Translations under genes and position numbers: made by a program
Assembly (NCBI GenBank): GCA_951406725.2
Contig: OX597820.1
Coordinates: forward strand, 71,672,001-71,736,000
Length of the DNA: 64,000 nucleotides
Direction: 5' to 3'
Origin: Octopus vulgaris
Taxonomy: Eukaryota
Notes under the pieces: model-generated
Databases searched by the model: none
What the model saw: the letters and a program-made list of their open reading frames with translations, nothing else
What the model was told of the DNA's origin: nothing
Part shown: one piece after another, positions 13,230-25,580 of the stretch
How positions within the stretch are numbered: the first letter of the stretch is position 1
How the letters are laid out: every line of letters begins with the position of its first letter

Positions 13230-14800
13230 TTATTATTAACAATGACAATCTTCATCACTTCATGTACTTCTCCCTCCTGGTATGGTGGAGAAAAGTCAGG
13301 CGAGCATTTCCAGGTTTGGTAGACATCATGGTAGTTTATCAGTATAAAAACACTATAGTAGTCGTTATTGTTGTTACTATGTTGCTCCAGGTGCTATGTG
13401 CAAAGGTATTCTAGCCACGTCTTTCTCTTCTCTCTCTATATCTGGGATTACCTTGTCCTATACATCCTTCTTTATTTACATGGCACAAGCTATTTAAGAG
13501 AGATTAGGCTGTTACTTTTTGCATGTAAATACCAGACTAGAGGCTCAATCATTCGCTTGTTATAGTAGTGGTTGATGATGAAGAGAACACACATTGTCTG
13601 TTGGTTAGTGATAATTTTGTGAGTAATATTTTGCCTGTTTGAGAGACGACTTTTATTTTTGTGTGTGTATGTGTGGGGATGGGTGTAGTTTTTGATGTTT
13701 GTTTGTGCAGCAGCTGTGCCATTCAAAATATGTTAGCAGTATTTAATTTAGTGTGAACTTGGGTGTTGTAAAGAATCAGTATCTGATCAGTGCTGAAGAC
13801 TTTCTAGTCCTAGAGAAAAAAAATTTTAGGTTTAAGTTATAAATTTGTCTATGTTTTAGATAAGTCACCTGGCATTTACAAAGACTGTTGAGTTATTAAG
13901 CTTTAGAGTATTAAAAGACAAAAAGAGGTGCACAGTGTGTATCTTATCTTAATATATGTTGTGATAGTTTCGTAGTTCAAGTGAACGAAACTAATTTGTG
14001 ATGTCCCTATTGCAAGGGGTTTTCAAAGCCTGTATCCATAGAGAGAAAAGGCATCTAGATTGCATATAAAAGATGACTGTAAGCAAAGGCTATTGAGTAG
14101 TGATGAGTGGTATCGTCTACGTAGGGATATGTGTGTCTATAAAATAAGATAAATTAATGTACAGAAGCAAGTGTGTGGTAGAAGTAACCAGATCTAAGGC
14201 AAACTCTCAATAGTCTAAAATATTTAAGAAGTTTCTATTGAAAGAAATAATTACTGAATTTTCAATGGCTATACGTCTTTCTATGAGGAAAAGTTCTATT
14301 TTGAGTTTTCTCAAACATTTGAGCTGCTAATTCACTTTTCTCAAAAGATCTGAACTACGCAGACTTTTTCATCCTGGTCAATAATCTCTAGCTCTTTTTA
14401 TTTTTGTTTTCTAATCTTAACAACAGCTGATGGATAGGTTTAAAATGACAAATTGCATTAGTAGATTTGAAAGGGATCTGACATGACAAAACAGGAGAGG
14501 AAGCATTATTAGCCCACATTAGTTGAATCTTTTGAAATGTTGCAATTTGTATTATGGTCCATGACAAAAGAATTACAGATAACACTGATCAGTTGAATAA
14601 GATCTTTTCACGATACCTCAAAGCCTTGTTTGGTATACAAAGTATATTGTAAAAGAGCTTCAATCCTTATTTGAATGGCATCTACAGCTTGCTATAACTG
14701 AAACAGGAGGCTTGAGAAATTAGTTTTAGAGTTAACAGAAAGTTAGGAATATTTTTAGACTTCCATTGAAGTTGTAGACATGTAGTTGCATGGAATATGT
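13230..14800 (-). mobile_element. Degenerate LINE ORF2 fossil (CR1/L2/Jockey-like RT)
   Basis: Minus strand 'STTHLLLYIN' (SPTLFLLYIN-like, about 14155-14185) is followed by 'YPYVDDTT' (YADD motif at 14112-14123). Confidence 0.6.
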
Positions 14801-15250
14801 CAATTAAAGCTGGCAGTAACCATGATTTTTTTACTATAAACAATTTTATTCCATTCTATAGTAAAGTTACATACATGTTTTCAGTTGCTTTTAACACGAA
14901 CATAAAGTATTATTCAATCTTGATTATAATTTTGCATTCATGTTACAATATGTTGTGTAAATTTCAAAATGATAGTATACCAGATAATTTTGTGTTATAA
15001 GATGTTCTTGAGCATTATGCAGAGTGAATACATTTTATTGTTTTCATTGACAAGAAAAAGCAAAATATGGCACTTAATGGTATATATTTCCTGATGAAAT
15101 GTATAATTGATAGTATCTTGCACATTATTTTGAATCTAACTTAAATGAAGCCTTAACTTACAAATTTTGGAAGATAAGAATTTATTGTAGTAATGATATG
15201 GATATATAAAGGCTATATGAAAACATGTCTGAAGATTGAGAGTGTTAATT

Positions 15251-15387
15251 TAGGCTTGGGAACAGGGGGTGCAGGAGATGCTAGGACAACCCCTAAAATT
15301 TGGGGGAGGACAATGAAAATGCTGCGAACAGCCTCCTGAAAAACTTGGTTTGCACCCACTAAGCAAATATTGTTCTTGTGTTTATGA
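15251..15387. mobile_element. Short degenerate MITE-like element
   Basis: A GC-richer island with imperfect terminal complementarity (taggcttgggaacagggggtgca ... tgcacccac...tgttcttgtgtttatg). Confidence 0.35.
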
Positions 15388-15894
15388 CTGTTCAGAATGA
15401 CTTTCTCATAGAATAGGAAAAAATTTGATTCTACATTTTTATGTTAACAAAGGATATGTTTGGTTGTCTAAGTTAATCATCTAAAGTATGAGTACTTCTC
15501 AACGAACTCCATTTGAGCTTCAAAGAAAACAAAACCTGCTCTGGAGTGAAGCAATTTTTTACCCTAGAGAGAAAAGTGGTATTCATGGATGACATTTTGG
15601 TAGAATTCAATGTTATATGATATACATTTTTAATGTCACTTAGTCCAAATGTGATTTAACAAAATTAACCCAAGAATCAGCAATTTTTTTCTCTTCATAA
15701 AGACTTGTCATGCTAGATACATCACCAAAGCAAGACGACAAATAGCTTTCAAGTTAAACTTCCTTTATACTCTTCAATTACCCACCTCTTGAATATATTA
15801 GAAGTAATGAAATCTTAGTCTGCTATATTTTGAAAGAATGAAGTCATTTAGAATTAATTATTTTTCTTATGAAATATGCTTAGAAGATATAAAT

Positions 15895-16140
15895 CTTTAT
15901 CTTTTACTTGTTCCAGCCATTCTAGGGTACTATCTTGTAAGGTTTTTGTTAAATTGACTCTAGGACTCATATTTTTATTTTATCATCCTGTTTTTTTTAC
16001 CAAGCTACTAAGATGTGGGGATGCAAACAAACCAGCACTAGTTATCAAGGAGTGGTTGGGGATATACACAAACAAACACACACATATCTATCTGTATGTC
16101 TGTTTTTGTCTCTATCTATCTATTTATCTATTTATCTGTC

Positions 16141-16172
<32 letters not shown>

Positions 16173-16350
16173 GATATATATACACAACAGGCTTCTTTCA
16201 GTTTCCATCTACAAAATTCATTCACAAGGCTTTAGTCAGCATGGCACTATAGTATAAAACACTTGCCTAAAAGTGTTGTTTAGTAAGACTGAACTAAGGC
16301 TACTTGGTTGGGAACCAAACCTCTCATTCTCACCTACACAGCTATACCTG
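15895..16350 (-). mobile_element. Family A tRNA-derived SINE with internal (TCTA)n/(TA)n
   Basis: tcttttacttgttccagccat ... ggcttctttcagtttccatctacaaaattcattcacaaggcttt ... cctacacagctatacctg. Confidence 0.8.
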
Positions 16351-16985
16351 AGTCTATACACACACACACACACACACACACATATTGAGAAAAAGGAGGC
16401 AATCAGAATTTTGGATAATTCTTTATTAGCACTTTCGTTCATTCAACCAAACTCTTCAAGGCAAAAATTAAAACCAGAATTTTGTGTGTGTGTGCGTACT
16501 CAAGTTCACAAAATTCCATTTCTATATGTAAATGTAGATAAATTTTCATCATATATATTTCCATATTACATTTGGTGAACAATAACATGAGTGCTTGCAA
16601 ATTTCCAGTCGGAAAATCCCTGGTTCTTTGTATTTTTAATGGAGAGAGGGATGAAGATTATGTAATTTGGGTGGAACAAATATCACACAAAATTTTTATC
16701 CAAAACCATTTAAAATTTTTTCTTTCTCTTTTTTTTTCATCTTTACATCTTTCTCCAATATAAAGTACCAAAAAATATAATTACTCTCTGTCTGTCTGTC
16801 TGCCTCTCTCTCTCTCTCTCTCTCTCTCTGGCCCCCACCCACACGCACGCACACAGATAAACGATAGTCTTTTGAGTAGTTTCTGTTTGACAAATTTTAC
16901 CCACGGGACATTAGCGAGCTGAAAGTTTGGCAGAAACTCAAGACTGGAACCATGTAGTTGTAAAGCAAGTTCTTAATCACACAGT

Positions 16986-18570
16986 CATCATCATCATCAT
17001 CATCATTGTTGTTTAATGTCTGCTTTCCATGCTGGCATCGGTTGGACTGTTTGACTGAGGACTGGCAAGCTAGGAGGCTGCACCAGACTCCAATCTGCTT
17101 TGGCAAGGTGTCTACAGCTGGATGCTCTTCCTTACGCCACACACTCCAAGAGTGGAGTCAGTTTTTTTTTATGTGCCACTGGCATAGGAGCCAGTCAGGC
17201 AGCAGTGGCTCTGTCATGCTTCAATGGTGCTTTTTACATGCCACTAGCACAGGTGCCAGTCAGGTGGAACTGACATCAACCACGACTATGATTTCACTTG
17301 GTTCAACCAGGTCTCCATAGGCAAGGCATATTGACTGATGAGTGAAGAGTACTTTTAAAAAGGCCAATTATATGACACTGGCATCAACCACAACTACAAT
17401 CTCACTTGGCTGCCAAGTCTTCTCAAGTACAGTATATCTCCAAAAGTTTCAATCACTTGTCATTGCCTTTGTAAGGCCCAATATTTGATGGTCGTGCTTC
17501 ACCATCTCTTCCTGGGTCTACCTCTTCCATAGGTTTCCTCCACTGTTAGGGTGTGACACTTCTTCACACAGCTGTCCTCATCCATATGCAACACATGACA
17601 ATACTAGCGCAGTTGTCTCTCTTGCACACCACATCTAATACTTCTTATATCCAACTTCTCTCTCAGGGTGCTTACACTCTGTCATGTATGCACACTGACA
17701 TCACACATCCAGCAGAGCACATTAACTTCATTTCTTGCAAGCCTATGCCTGTTCTCAGTAGTCACAGCCCATATTTCACTGCCATGTGGCATGGCTGTTT
17801 GCTCACAGGCATCATACAGTTTACCTTTCACTCTGAGCAAGAGACTCTTTGTTATCAGCAGAGGTAGGAGCTCTCTGAACTTTGCACAGCTTATTCTTAT
17901 TCTAGCAGCTACACTCTCAGAGCATCCACCCCTACTACTGACTTGGTCACCTAGGCAACAGAGGTTATCAACTACTTCTAGTTTTTTCCTCTGGCATATA
18001 ATGGAATCTGTTTTCTGTACATCTTCAGTATTTTTTGCACCTGTGCACCTGCCACACACAAAAACTATCTTCCTCATTAACCTCCCTTTGATATTGCTGC
18101 ACCTCTTATGTGCCCATAGCTTAGACTGGGTACCTCTTATGGAGTTTCTACCTACACATTTTCTACAGATCAAGCAGGGCCATCTACTAAAGGGATTTGT
18201 GATTTGTCTGCTTTACTACTTACTAAGACTTTGGTTTTTGTTAGATTGACTCTAAGACCCTTCAATTCTAGACCTTGCTTTGGTAGTGACTCAGCTATTA
18301 GAGCAAGGTCATCAGAATAGAGGAGCTCCCAGGAGCAGCCTATCTTGAATTCCTCTCTTATTGCCTGGAGGACTATGATGAATAAGTGGGGGCTGAGGAC
18401 TGATCATTAGTTAACCCCTACTTTTACTCAGAATTATTCACTATACTTGTTGCCAACCCTCACCTTACTGGCAGCATCCCTGTAGAGGGCTTGTACAGCT
18501 CCCACCAACCACTCATCTATCCCTAGTTTCTGCATTGACCACCATATAAAAGATCAGGGAACCCTGTCAT
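16986..18570 (-). mobile_element. 5'-truncated RTE-clade LINE (RT domain, C-terminus, 3' UTR and (GAT)n tail), pseudogenised
   Basis: Minus translation DRVP*SFIWWSMQKLGIDEWLV..ALY...SVLSPHLFIIVLQAIREEF..ELLYSDDLALIAES (YSDD at 18308-18319). ORF 17682-18173 has LEVVDNLCCLGD..RIRISCAKFRELLPLL..KGKLY..GSEIW. (CAT)n at 16986, with gtcat at both junctions. Confidence 0.92.
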
Positions 18571-18759
18571 ACCTGTACCATTTGTGAAGTTGACTGCTGA
18601 ATGACATATATACACATATCAACAGAGTTTACTCAAACTGTAGGCCATTTGAAGGGCCTTGCAAATTATGGTATAAATTTGTAAGAACAAATGAGTAGAC
18701 TAATTTAGTAATTTTCTTTAATATATTAGTAGTAAGGTAAATTAATTAATAAAATATAT

Positions 18760-18902
18760 TTGGACGGTGCATTTTACATGCCACTGGCACAGGTATCACA
18801 ACTACAATTTCCATTTGATTTTTTGATGTTGATGTACTTGACTCATTAGGTCTCCTCAACCACAGTGTGTATATATATATATATATGATCGTCATCATCA
18901 CA

Positions 18903-18942
<40 letters not shown>

Positions 18943-19337
18943 TCGTCATCATCATCATCATCATTTAACGTCCGCTTTCCATGCTAGCATGGGTTGGACG
19001 ATTTGACTGAGGACTGGCGAACCAGATGGCTGCACCAGGCTCCAATCTGATCTGGCAGAGCTTCCACAGCCAGATGCCCTTCCTGATGCCAACCACTCCG
19101 AGAGTGCAATGGGTGCTTTTACATACCACCTGCATGAGGGCCAGTCTGGCAGTACTGGCTACGGCCACACTCAAAATGGTGTTTACTTACGTGCCACCTG
19201 CACAGGAGTCAGTCCAGCGGCACTGGCAACGACCTCACTTGAATGTTTTGTTCATGATCCACCGGCACAAGTGCCAGTAAGTCAACGCTGATAATGATCA
19301 CGCTCAAATGGTGCTTTTTACATTCCTACCGCACCAT
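18760..19337 (-). mobile_element. RTE 3' UTR fragments (18760-18865 and 18941-19337) with about 4 diverged hairpin-repeat units
   Basis: (cat)n-ttaacgtccgctttccatgctagcatgggttggacg... followed by repeated ggtgcttttac.tgccacc.gcac units. Confidence 0.85.
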
Positions 19338-19349
19338 TTGAGCATATAT

Positions 19350-19590
19350 ATATGTATATATTTATGTGTGTTTGTGTCTGTATTTGTCCCCACCACCATC
19401 TCTTCACACACACACACACATATATATGTGATGGGCTCTTTTCAGTTTCTGTCTACAATATCCACTCACAAGGCTTTGGTCGGCCCAAGACTATAGTAGA
19501 AGACACTAGATCATGGTTTCTCTCAGTGGAACAGAACCCGGAATCATGTGGTTGAGAAGTAAGTTTCTTACCTTACAGCCACACCTGTAG
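19350..19590 (-). mobile_element. Family A SINE (head region)
   Basis: ccactcacaaggctttggtcggcccaagactatagtagaagacac...gaacccggaatcatgtggttgagaag...acagccacacctg. Confidence 0.85.
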
Positions 19591-21217
19591 AAACATGTAT
19601 AAAGTTACTGAAAATATTAACAGTATCCAATACCATCCAATACTACTATATTGTTTGTCTCCAGTGTTGTATTCCTCTAAGCTTCAATATGTTTGCAATT
19701 TTAAAAATTAATTTGACTGTCTTACTTCCATAAACTCAACATAATAATTTTGATTGAACTATCTCTTTCAAAGACTCCCTTACTTAGTGTTCCATTTACT
19801 TCAATGGTTTTCACCTACATGCATTAACTGCTTATACCAACACAACTATTTCTTTTGGCTCTTCTACTCTTCACTGATATTTCAAACCAAATAAGCCTAA
19901 TTTCAAACTTAAGTCTACTACACATATTGCTTTTCTATCATCTACTCAACCCACTTCATTACTCGGTATGTCCTCATGCTCCTGCTAGATTATCTGCTTA
20001 TGAGCAGCCTTGTGTCTATGATAGGCCAAGTGCCTCTGCCAGAAATCAATATTAGTCCACTTAAGTCATCACCTTTCTTTTTCTCGAACTTTCAAGCTTG
20101 TATGGATTACATCTTCATATACGTATATTGGTTAACTAATCCTATTCATAGTAAAATTAATACTTGCAGTATATCAGTACATTTCTCAGACTATATTTCG
20201 TAATTTATTCTGATACACTACTTTGCATTTCTGAATACTTAATTTTGTTCATGCTTTCAATGTAAGACATGAATTCTACTTCTCTGTTTCTTTTTCTCTC
20301 CACATTAACCTTATACACACTGCAAATCTAACCTGCACATTATTTATAATTTGATAATATTGAGGAGCACATTTTCTAGGCATTTGCTTAGATATTTTCC
20401 TATGTCACTTTTTCTTCAGAACAAAGTCTCATTTGACTGGTATAATTGACTTATTTTCTGCAGTTATATAATTTTGATTTCGTTTGTCCAAGAGCTTAGC
20501 ATTGTGGCTATTTTTTGCCTTATGCAAGAGAGAAGCTGTGTCATTATTCCATTACATGTAATATCTGTTAAATGTTTCAGTGCTTCAGTGATATCTCTAT
20601 TATGTATTAAGATTTACTAAACAGTTTGTTAGTAGCACATATTATCAATCAAAGTTGAAGATATTTGATCAAGGTAGTTAAATTTTCCACTTTACACATT
20701 CTCTTCAAAAACATAAAAAATAGAATCGAAAACATATTTTTTTTCTTTCTCTGTGTTTCTCATCAGTTACGTTTGTTGGAGTTAAAATTGAATTTCTATA
20801 GATTTATAATCACAAAATGATGTTCAGTTGGCTATATATGGGAAACATGTGAAAAAATTTTATATTCATGAATTGTTTTACTCATGCACATTGACGGAAA
20901 GCACATTTCTATAGATTCCTCGAATGCTAATTTTATGTAAGGTCATGTCTGCATTAAAAGCCAACTATTTCCTCATCATTATTTAGATTATTTGTTCTTT
21001 TATTAGAAATAGTACAACCAATGACTAGTTAGAAATCAATAAAGATGAAAATTAATTAATTAATAATGCTTTACACAGTGTATTTTTAGATAATTCAAAA
21101 TATAATGTAAGCTATAACTGATTTTGATATATATTTTAGCATTACAGTGACAAGCAAACAAAGTAAACAAGCACCAGAGGCTTTTATATCTTTCCAGGAG
21201 TAGAAAAACTGGGATTA

Positions 21218-21256
21218 TTTAACTAGTTTCTAGTCTTATTAAACGTTCATCAGAGA
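21218..21256 (-). ncRNA. Hammerhead ribozyme motif with intact core and palindromic helix III
   Basis: Reverse complement: tct CTGATGA ac gttt-aata-agac ta GAA ACTAGT T aaa. Confidence 0.55.
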
Positions 21257-21688
21257 AAGAATACCCATCTGCTGTCTATGAGAAGTTTACTAGCTTACAG
21301 GGTATTCAGAGTGTATGCAAATTCAGACACATTTAAACTGATCTGTCTAATTTACATAACAGTGCATGTACTGAAAATGTGGTTAATTAATTAATAACAC
21401 ACTTCAGAGCATTTTGGCATAATTTTGAAATTTAATGTGAGGCATATCCTTTTCTTTATAAATATAACACGAGTATTCCATCTTTGTTGAACATCTAAGA
21501 AGATTGGAAATTAGTTAGATCAATTCTATTTGTTCTACCCAAGGAGAGATAAACATGGAAAAAACCCTGTAATGCTTACTTTTTACAATGTGACTAAAAT
21601 TGTATACTTATCAAAAGGGGTATATCTTATATTATATTTGAAATGATCTGAAATCACTATATAATTCAATATTAATTAATTAACCATG

Positions 21689-22028
21689 AGTGAGTGTGCA
21701 TGGCTCAGTGGTTAGAGCATCAAGCTCACAATCATAAGGCAGTGAGTCTGATTCCTGGACTGGGCTGTGTGTTGTGTTCTTGAACAAGACACTTTATTTC
21801 ACTTTGCTTCAGTTCACTCAGCTGTAGAAATGAGTTGCGATGTCACTGATGCCAAGCTGTATTGGCCTTTGCCTTTCCCTTCGTTAACATTGGTGTCATG
21901 GAGAGGAGCGGCTGGTATGCATGTGCAACTGTTGGTCTTCCACAAACAACCTTACCCGAACTTGTGCCTTGGCGGGAAACTTTCTCGGTGCAATCCCAGG
22001 GTCATTCATTACCGAAGGAAGTCTTTAC
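21689..22028 (+). mobile_element. Full-length tRNA-derived SINE (family B, V/CORE-like central domain) with a 13-bp TSD
   Basis: A box tggctcagtggttagagc, B-box-like gtctgattcc, central tgtgttcttgaacaagacacttta and ttcactcagctgtagaaatgagt. TSD ttaattaaccatg at 21676-21688 and 22029-22041. Confidence 0.88.
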
Positions 22029-22154
22029 TTAATTAACCATGTCAGTGCATGTACAGTTATGCAAATTAAAACAATTATTTGTTCCTGGGTTTCTATAAAC
22101 TATAAACAGCTACAAAGCTACTTATCTTTTCATGAACAGAAGACAGGTATTTTT

Positions 22155-22193
22155 TTTCTGAAGAATGTCTAACAAGACTAGCAATGCATCTGA
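22155..22193 (+). ncRNA. Degenerate hammerhead motif (inverted partner of 21218-21256)
   Basis: ttt CTGAAGA at gtct-aaca-agac ta GCA ATGCAT C tga: perfect 4-bp stem II, an A13C change, palindromic AUGCAU and an AUC triplet. Confidence 0.5.
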
Positions 22194-23612
22194 TCGATCC
22201 CAGTTTTTCTGGCCTTAGAGTCATAAAAATATGTGCTTCAACCACTCCACTTTGTTTACTTTTCACAGAACATCTAAAATTGTATGTTTCGCAACATTCC
22301 AAATTAAAGATGTTTTATGTAAATTGTTAATGTGATTGTATAATTTGATGTCTTTCAATCTTAGTAGTGTTACTTTAAGAATCTAGCTTATTACTGCTTA
22401 ATTTTCTCCTGAAACACTTATTGTAAGTGATTCTTTATGAGACTTTTACTACAACACTAAATGTATCATCTTGTCACTCAGCAATTAAGCATGTAAATCC
22501 AGCTAAAAGTGTTTCTTGTAGTAATAATTGAAGATTCTGCACCATTAAGGTTTTCTATTTCACAAACCAACTATATATTTCTAATTTAAGTGAAATTATC
22601 TTACACTTGTGATGACTTAATGACACACACCTGTCATATATTAATATAACCTATATCTCTTGAATTTTCTAGACAAGTAATTTAATCCAAGTAACTTTCA
22701 ACAAATTTTTGATAATTTAAATTATTATATCTTATATAATTTTTGCATTATTCATTTGCCCTATTTTATAGAAGAAAGTCAATATTTTCTCAACGAACAG
22801 TAGAGAAGCAATTTTGTTAATTACTATCTGTTTATGTTAATTCATTTAAACATTCCCAAAGCTAGATCTTTAATTTTCTGATTTAGAAATTTATATTTTC
22901 TTTCAGCATTGCATATAACCTTCAGATGAATGCATTATCTAATGTTTTTAGATCACATACTATCTTCAAATAGCTATTTCCTTTGAATACTTATATAATA
23001 TTTAAAGTTATTATGTAAATCATTGACTTCTATGAAATATGGCATAACATATGTGACCTTCCTCTTCATAGAGAACTACAGTTTTTACAAATGTTCCAAT
23101 ACTGAGCTAATTAACCATAAGTTTCTAAATTTTAACATTTCTATTAATGCTATATTTATGATAAATTTATGATGCATATATTGATTCATTTCACCTCACA
23201 AATGTCTTCGGTAGCATTGAAATACCAGTTAAACTGTTAGTCTCCAGTTTTAATTCAGACATTAGAATAGTAATTTAATGAATTCTACCTTTGTAGTCAA
23301 GTAACTCTGTCATCAAGTGAATCTTCTTTAGCTTAATAATACTAAAACTCAAAGTCTGTTTGTCTTTCCACAAATTTAGAGAAAACAGTAGAGTGTGGTA
23401 ATAAATAAGTTCCAATTCATTTCTGGGCTTTGAAGAATTTTGTTATTATATCTGTAGACAAATGTAATTTTCAACCATTCATGAAATGGACACATTTATG
23501 AATGGTAGCAATACACACACATACATACACACACACTAACGAATAAGTGTATGTATATTTGTGTGTGTATGCATGCATCAATCTATATAAATTGAGTGTG
23601 GGTGTATGTGAG

Positions 23613-23660
<48 letters not shown>

Positions 23661-24029
23661 CTTGTATATATGAACACACGTAAATTTATGAATATATGTA
23701 TATCTAGATACGTTTGTGTGTGTGTGTTTGCATTAAATTAATGTATGCCATTGGTACAGTCTTAGATTAAAACACATGTGTCTATGCACAGTCATAATGT
23801 GTATTCAAATGTGGTATGGCGTTAATTGTAATATTTTGTCTCAGAGAAAACTCTTAAAGAGATTTTTGTGTTAATATGACATGGCTTCACTCAGAACACC
23901 AATGAGTTGCCAGAGATATTGTTTTGATCTGATCTAGTCTCCTCACTGATGAATAACCTGAACATTCTGAGCGCTAAGCTGCATGTATGTATAAGTGTGT
24001 GGGTATATTTTCGTGCATATATCTATATC

Positions 24030-24073
<44 letters not shown>

Positions 24074-24361
24074 CATAACCGATGTGTTTTTGTTTTTTTC
24101 TTGGGTAAACTTTCAGATAAATAAAATATTTCTGTTTACCAGTTGTAGTCTTCTACTTTTCCATAATAGTCAGCACTTCTTAACTTCCATGATCTTGTGA
24201 TAATCAAAAGTTGGTGGGCCCTCCCCACCTCAGTCAAAATCAGTGCAAGTGTTTATGATAGGGAATATGTGAATATATTTTAATGAACTATTATTTTATG
24301 CTTGCCATTTCATACTCTCAGTAATACACGAGTTGAAAGAAATGCACAATTTTTGGATAGT

Positions 24362-25408
24362 CATCATCATCATTTAGCGTCCGCTTTCCATGCTAGCATG
24401 GGTTGGACGGTTCAACTGGGGTCTGTGAAGCTGGAAGGCTTCGTCAGGCCCAGTCAGATCTGGCAGTGTTTCTACGGCTGGATGCCCTTCCTAACGCCAA
24501 CCACTCCGTGAGTGTAGTGGGTGCTTTTTACGTGCCACCCGCACAGGTGCCAGACAGAGCTGGCAAACGGCCACGAACGGATGGTGCTTTTACGTGTCAC
24601 CGGCACGGGGGCCAGGTGAGGCTGGCAACGGACACGAACGGATGGTGCTTTTACGTGCCACCGACATGGGACCAGACAGAGCTGGAAAACGGCCACGAAC
24701 GGATGGTGCTTTTACGTGTCACCGGCACGGGGGCCAAGCGAGGCTGGCAACGGACATGAACGGATGGTGCTTTTACGTGCCACCGACACGGGGGCCAGAC
24801 AGAGCTGGCAAACGGCCACGAACGGATGGTGCTTTTACGTGTCACCGGCACGGGGCCAGGTGAGGCTGGCAATGGACACAAATGGATGGTACTTTTACGT
24901 GTCACCGGCACGGGGCCAGGCGAGGCTGGCAACGGACACGAACGGATGGTGCTTTTACGTGCCACCGACACGGGGGCCAGACAGAGCTGGCAAATGGCCA
25001 CGAACGAATGGTGCTTTTACGTGTCACCGACACGGGGCCAGGCAAGGCTGGCAGCGGACATGAACGGATGGTTCACTTAACCACAGCTGCAATTCCCACT
25101 GATGTTGATCGACCTCAATTTTGGTTCTGCTTTCTGATATATGATTTGATTTGGTTTGATTTTGATTGTTCTCACTGGTCTTGCCGGGTCTTCTCGCGCA
25201 CAGCATACTTCCATAGGTCTCGGTCTCTGGTCATTTCCTTGGTGAGACCTAAAGTTCGAAGGTCGTGCTTCACCACCTCGACCCAGGTTTTCCTGGGTCT
25301 ACCTCTTCCACAGGTCCCCTCAACTGCCAGGGTGTGGTACTTTTTCACACACCTATCTTCATCCATTCTCGCCACATGACCATACCAGCGCAATCGTCTC
25401 TCTTGCAC
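24362..25408 (-). mobile_element. Young 5'-truncated RTE LINE: ORF2 C-terminus (25172-25408), 3' UTR with minisatellite, and (GAT)n tail
   Basis: QERRLRWYGHVARMDEDRCVKK..VEGTCGRGRPRKTWVEVVKHDL..DRDLWK is the typical RTE C-terminus. CpGs are intact. atagt occurs at both junctions (24357-24361, 25409-25413). Confidence 0.93.
24518..25070. repeat. Minisatellite of 9 units of 60-62 bp, in A/B order ABABABBAB
   Basis: Unit ggatggtgcttttacgtg(c/t)caccg(a/g)cacgggg-gccag[acagag or gtgagg]ctggc-aacgg.cacgaac. Starts at about 24518, 24579, 24640, 24701, 24762, 24824, 24884, 24944 and 25006. Confidence 0.95.
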
Positions 25409-25580
25409 ATAGTGTGATTGTGAAATTTGTTTCTCAGCTATGCAGCTTCAGGTTCAGTCCCACTGTGTGGTATCTTAAGTGTCTTTCAGGATAGCAACAG
25501 GTCAAACTAATGTCTTGTGAAGTAATTTGGTAGATAGAAACTGTAAGAAGTCCTTTGTGTATGTGTGTGTGTGTGTGCAT
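25409..25580 (+). mobile_element. Degenerate family A SINE head
   Basis: caggttcagtcccactgtgtgg...tgtcttgtgaagtaatttggtagatagaaactg, then (TG)n. Confidence 0.75.

Larger units (their letters stand above)
21050..22310. mobile_element. Old head-to-head inverted pair of a non-coding hammerhead-bearing element (minus copy about 21050-21400; plus copy about 21670-22310, interrupted by a SINE)
   Basis: The reverse complement of 21100-21397 aligns with 21670-21688 plus 22042-22290: attaattaattaacca, tcagt.catg.ac.gttatg.aaatta, acag.aga..ggtatt, ctga.gaa.gt.taa.aagactag, atcccagtttttct, actttgttt.ctt. Confidence 0.65.

Noticed and set aside
13790-13825. CTGAAGA-stem-GAAA match
   Set aside because: No helix III or NUH follows, and it lies within a LINE fossil; a chance match.
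21695-21765. tRNA gene (also 52316-52390 and 5487-5550)
   Set aside because: A and B boxes are present but there is no clean cloverleaf. Each continues into a SINE body, with TSDs at 21.7 and 52.3 kb.
24518-25070. CRISPR-like array (constant repeat with variable segment)
   Set aside because: The variable parts are two recurring variants, not unique spacers. The array lies in an RTE 3' UTR, there are no cas genes, and the context is eukaryotic.
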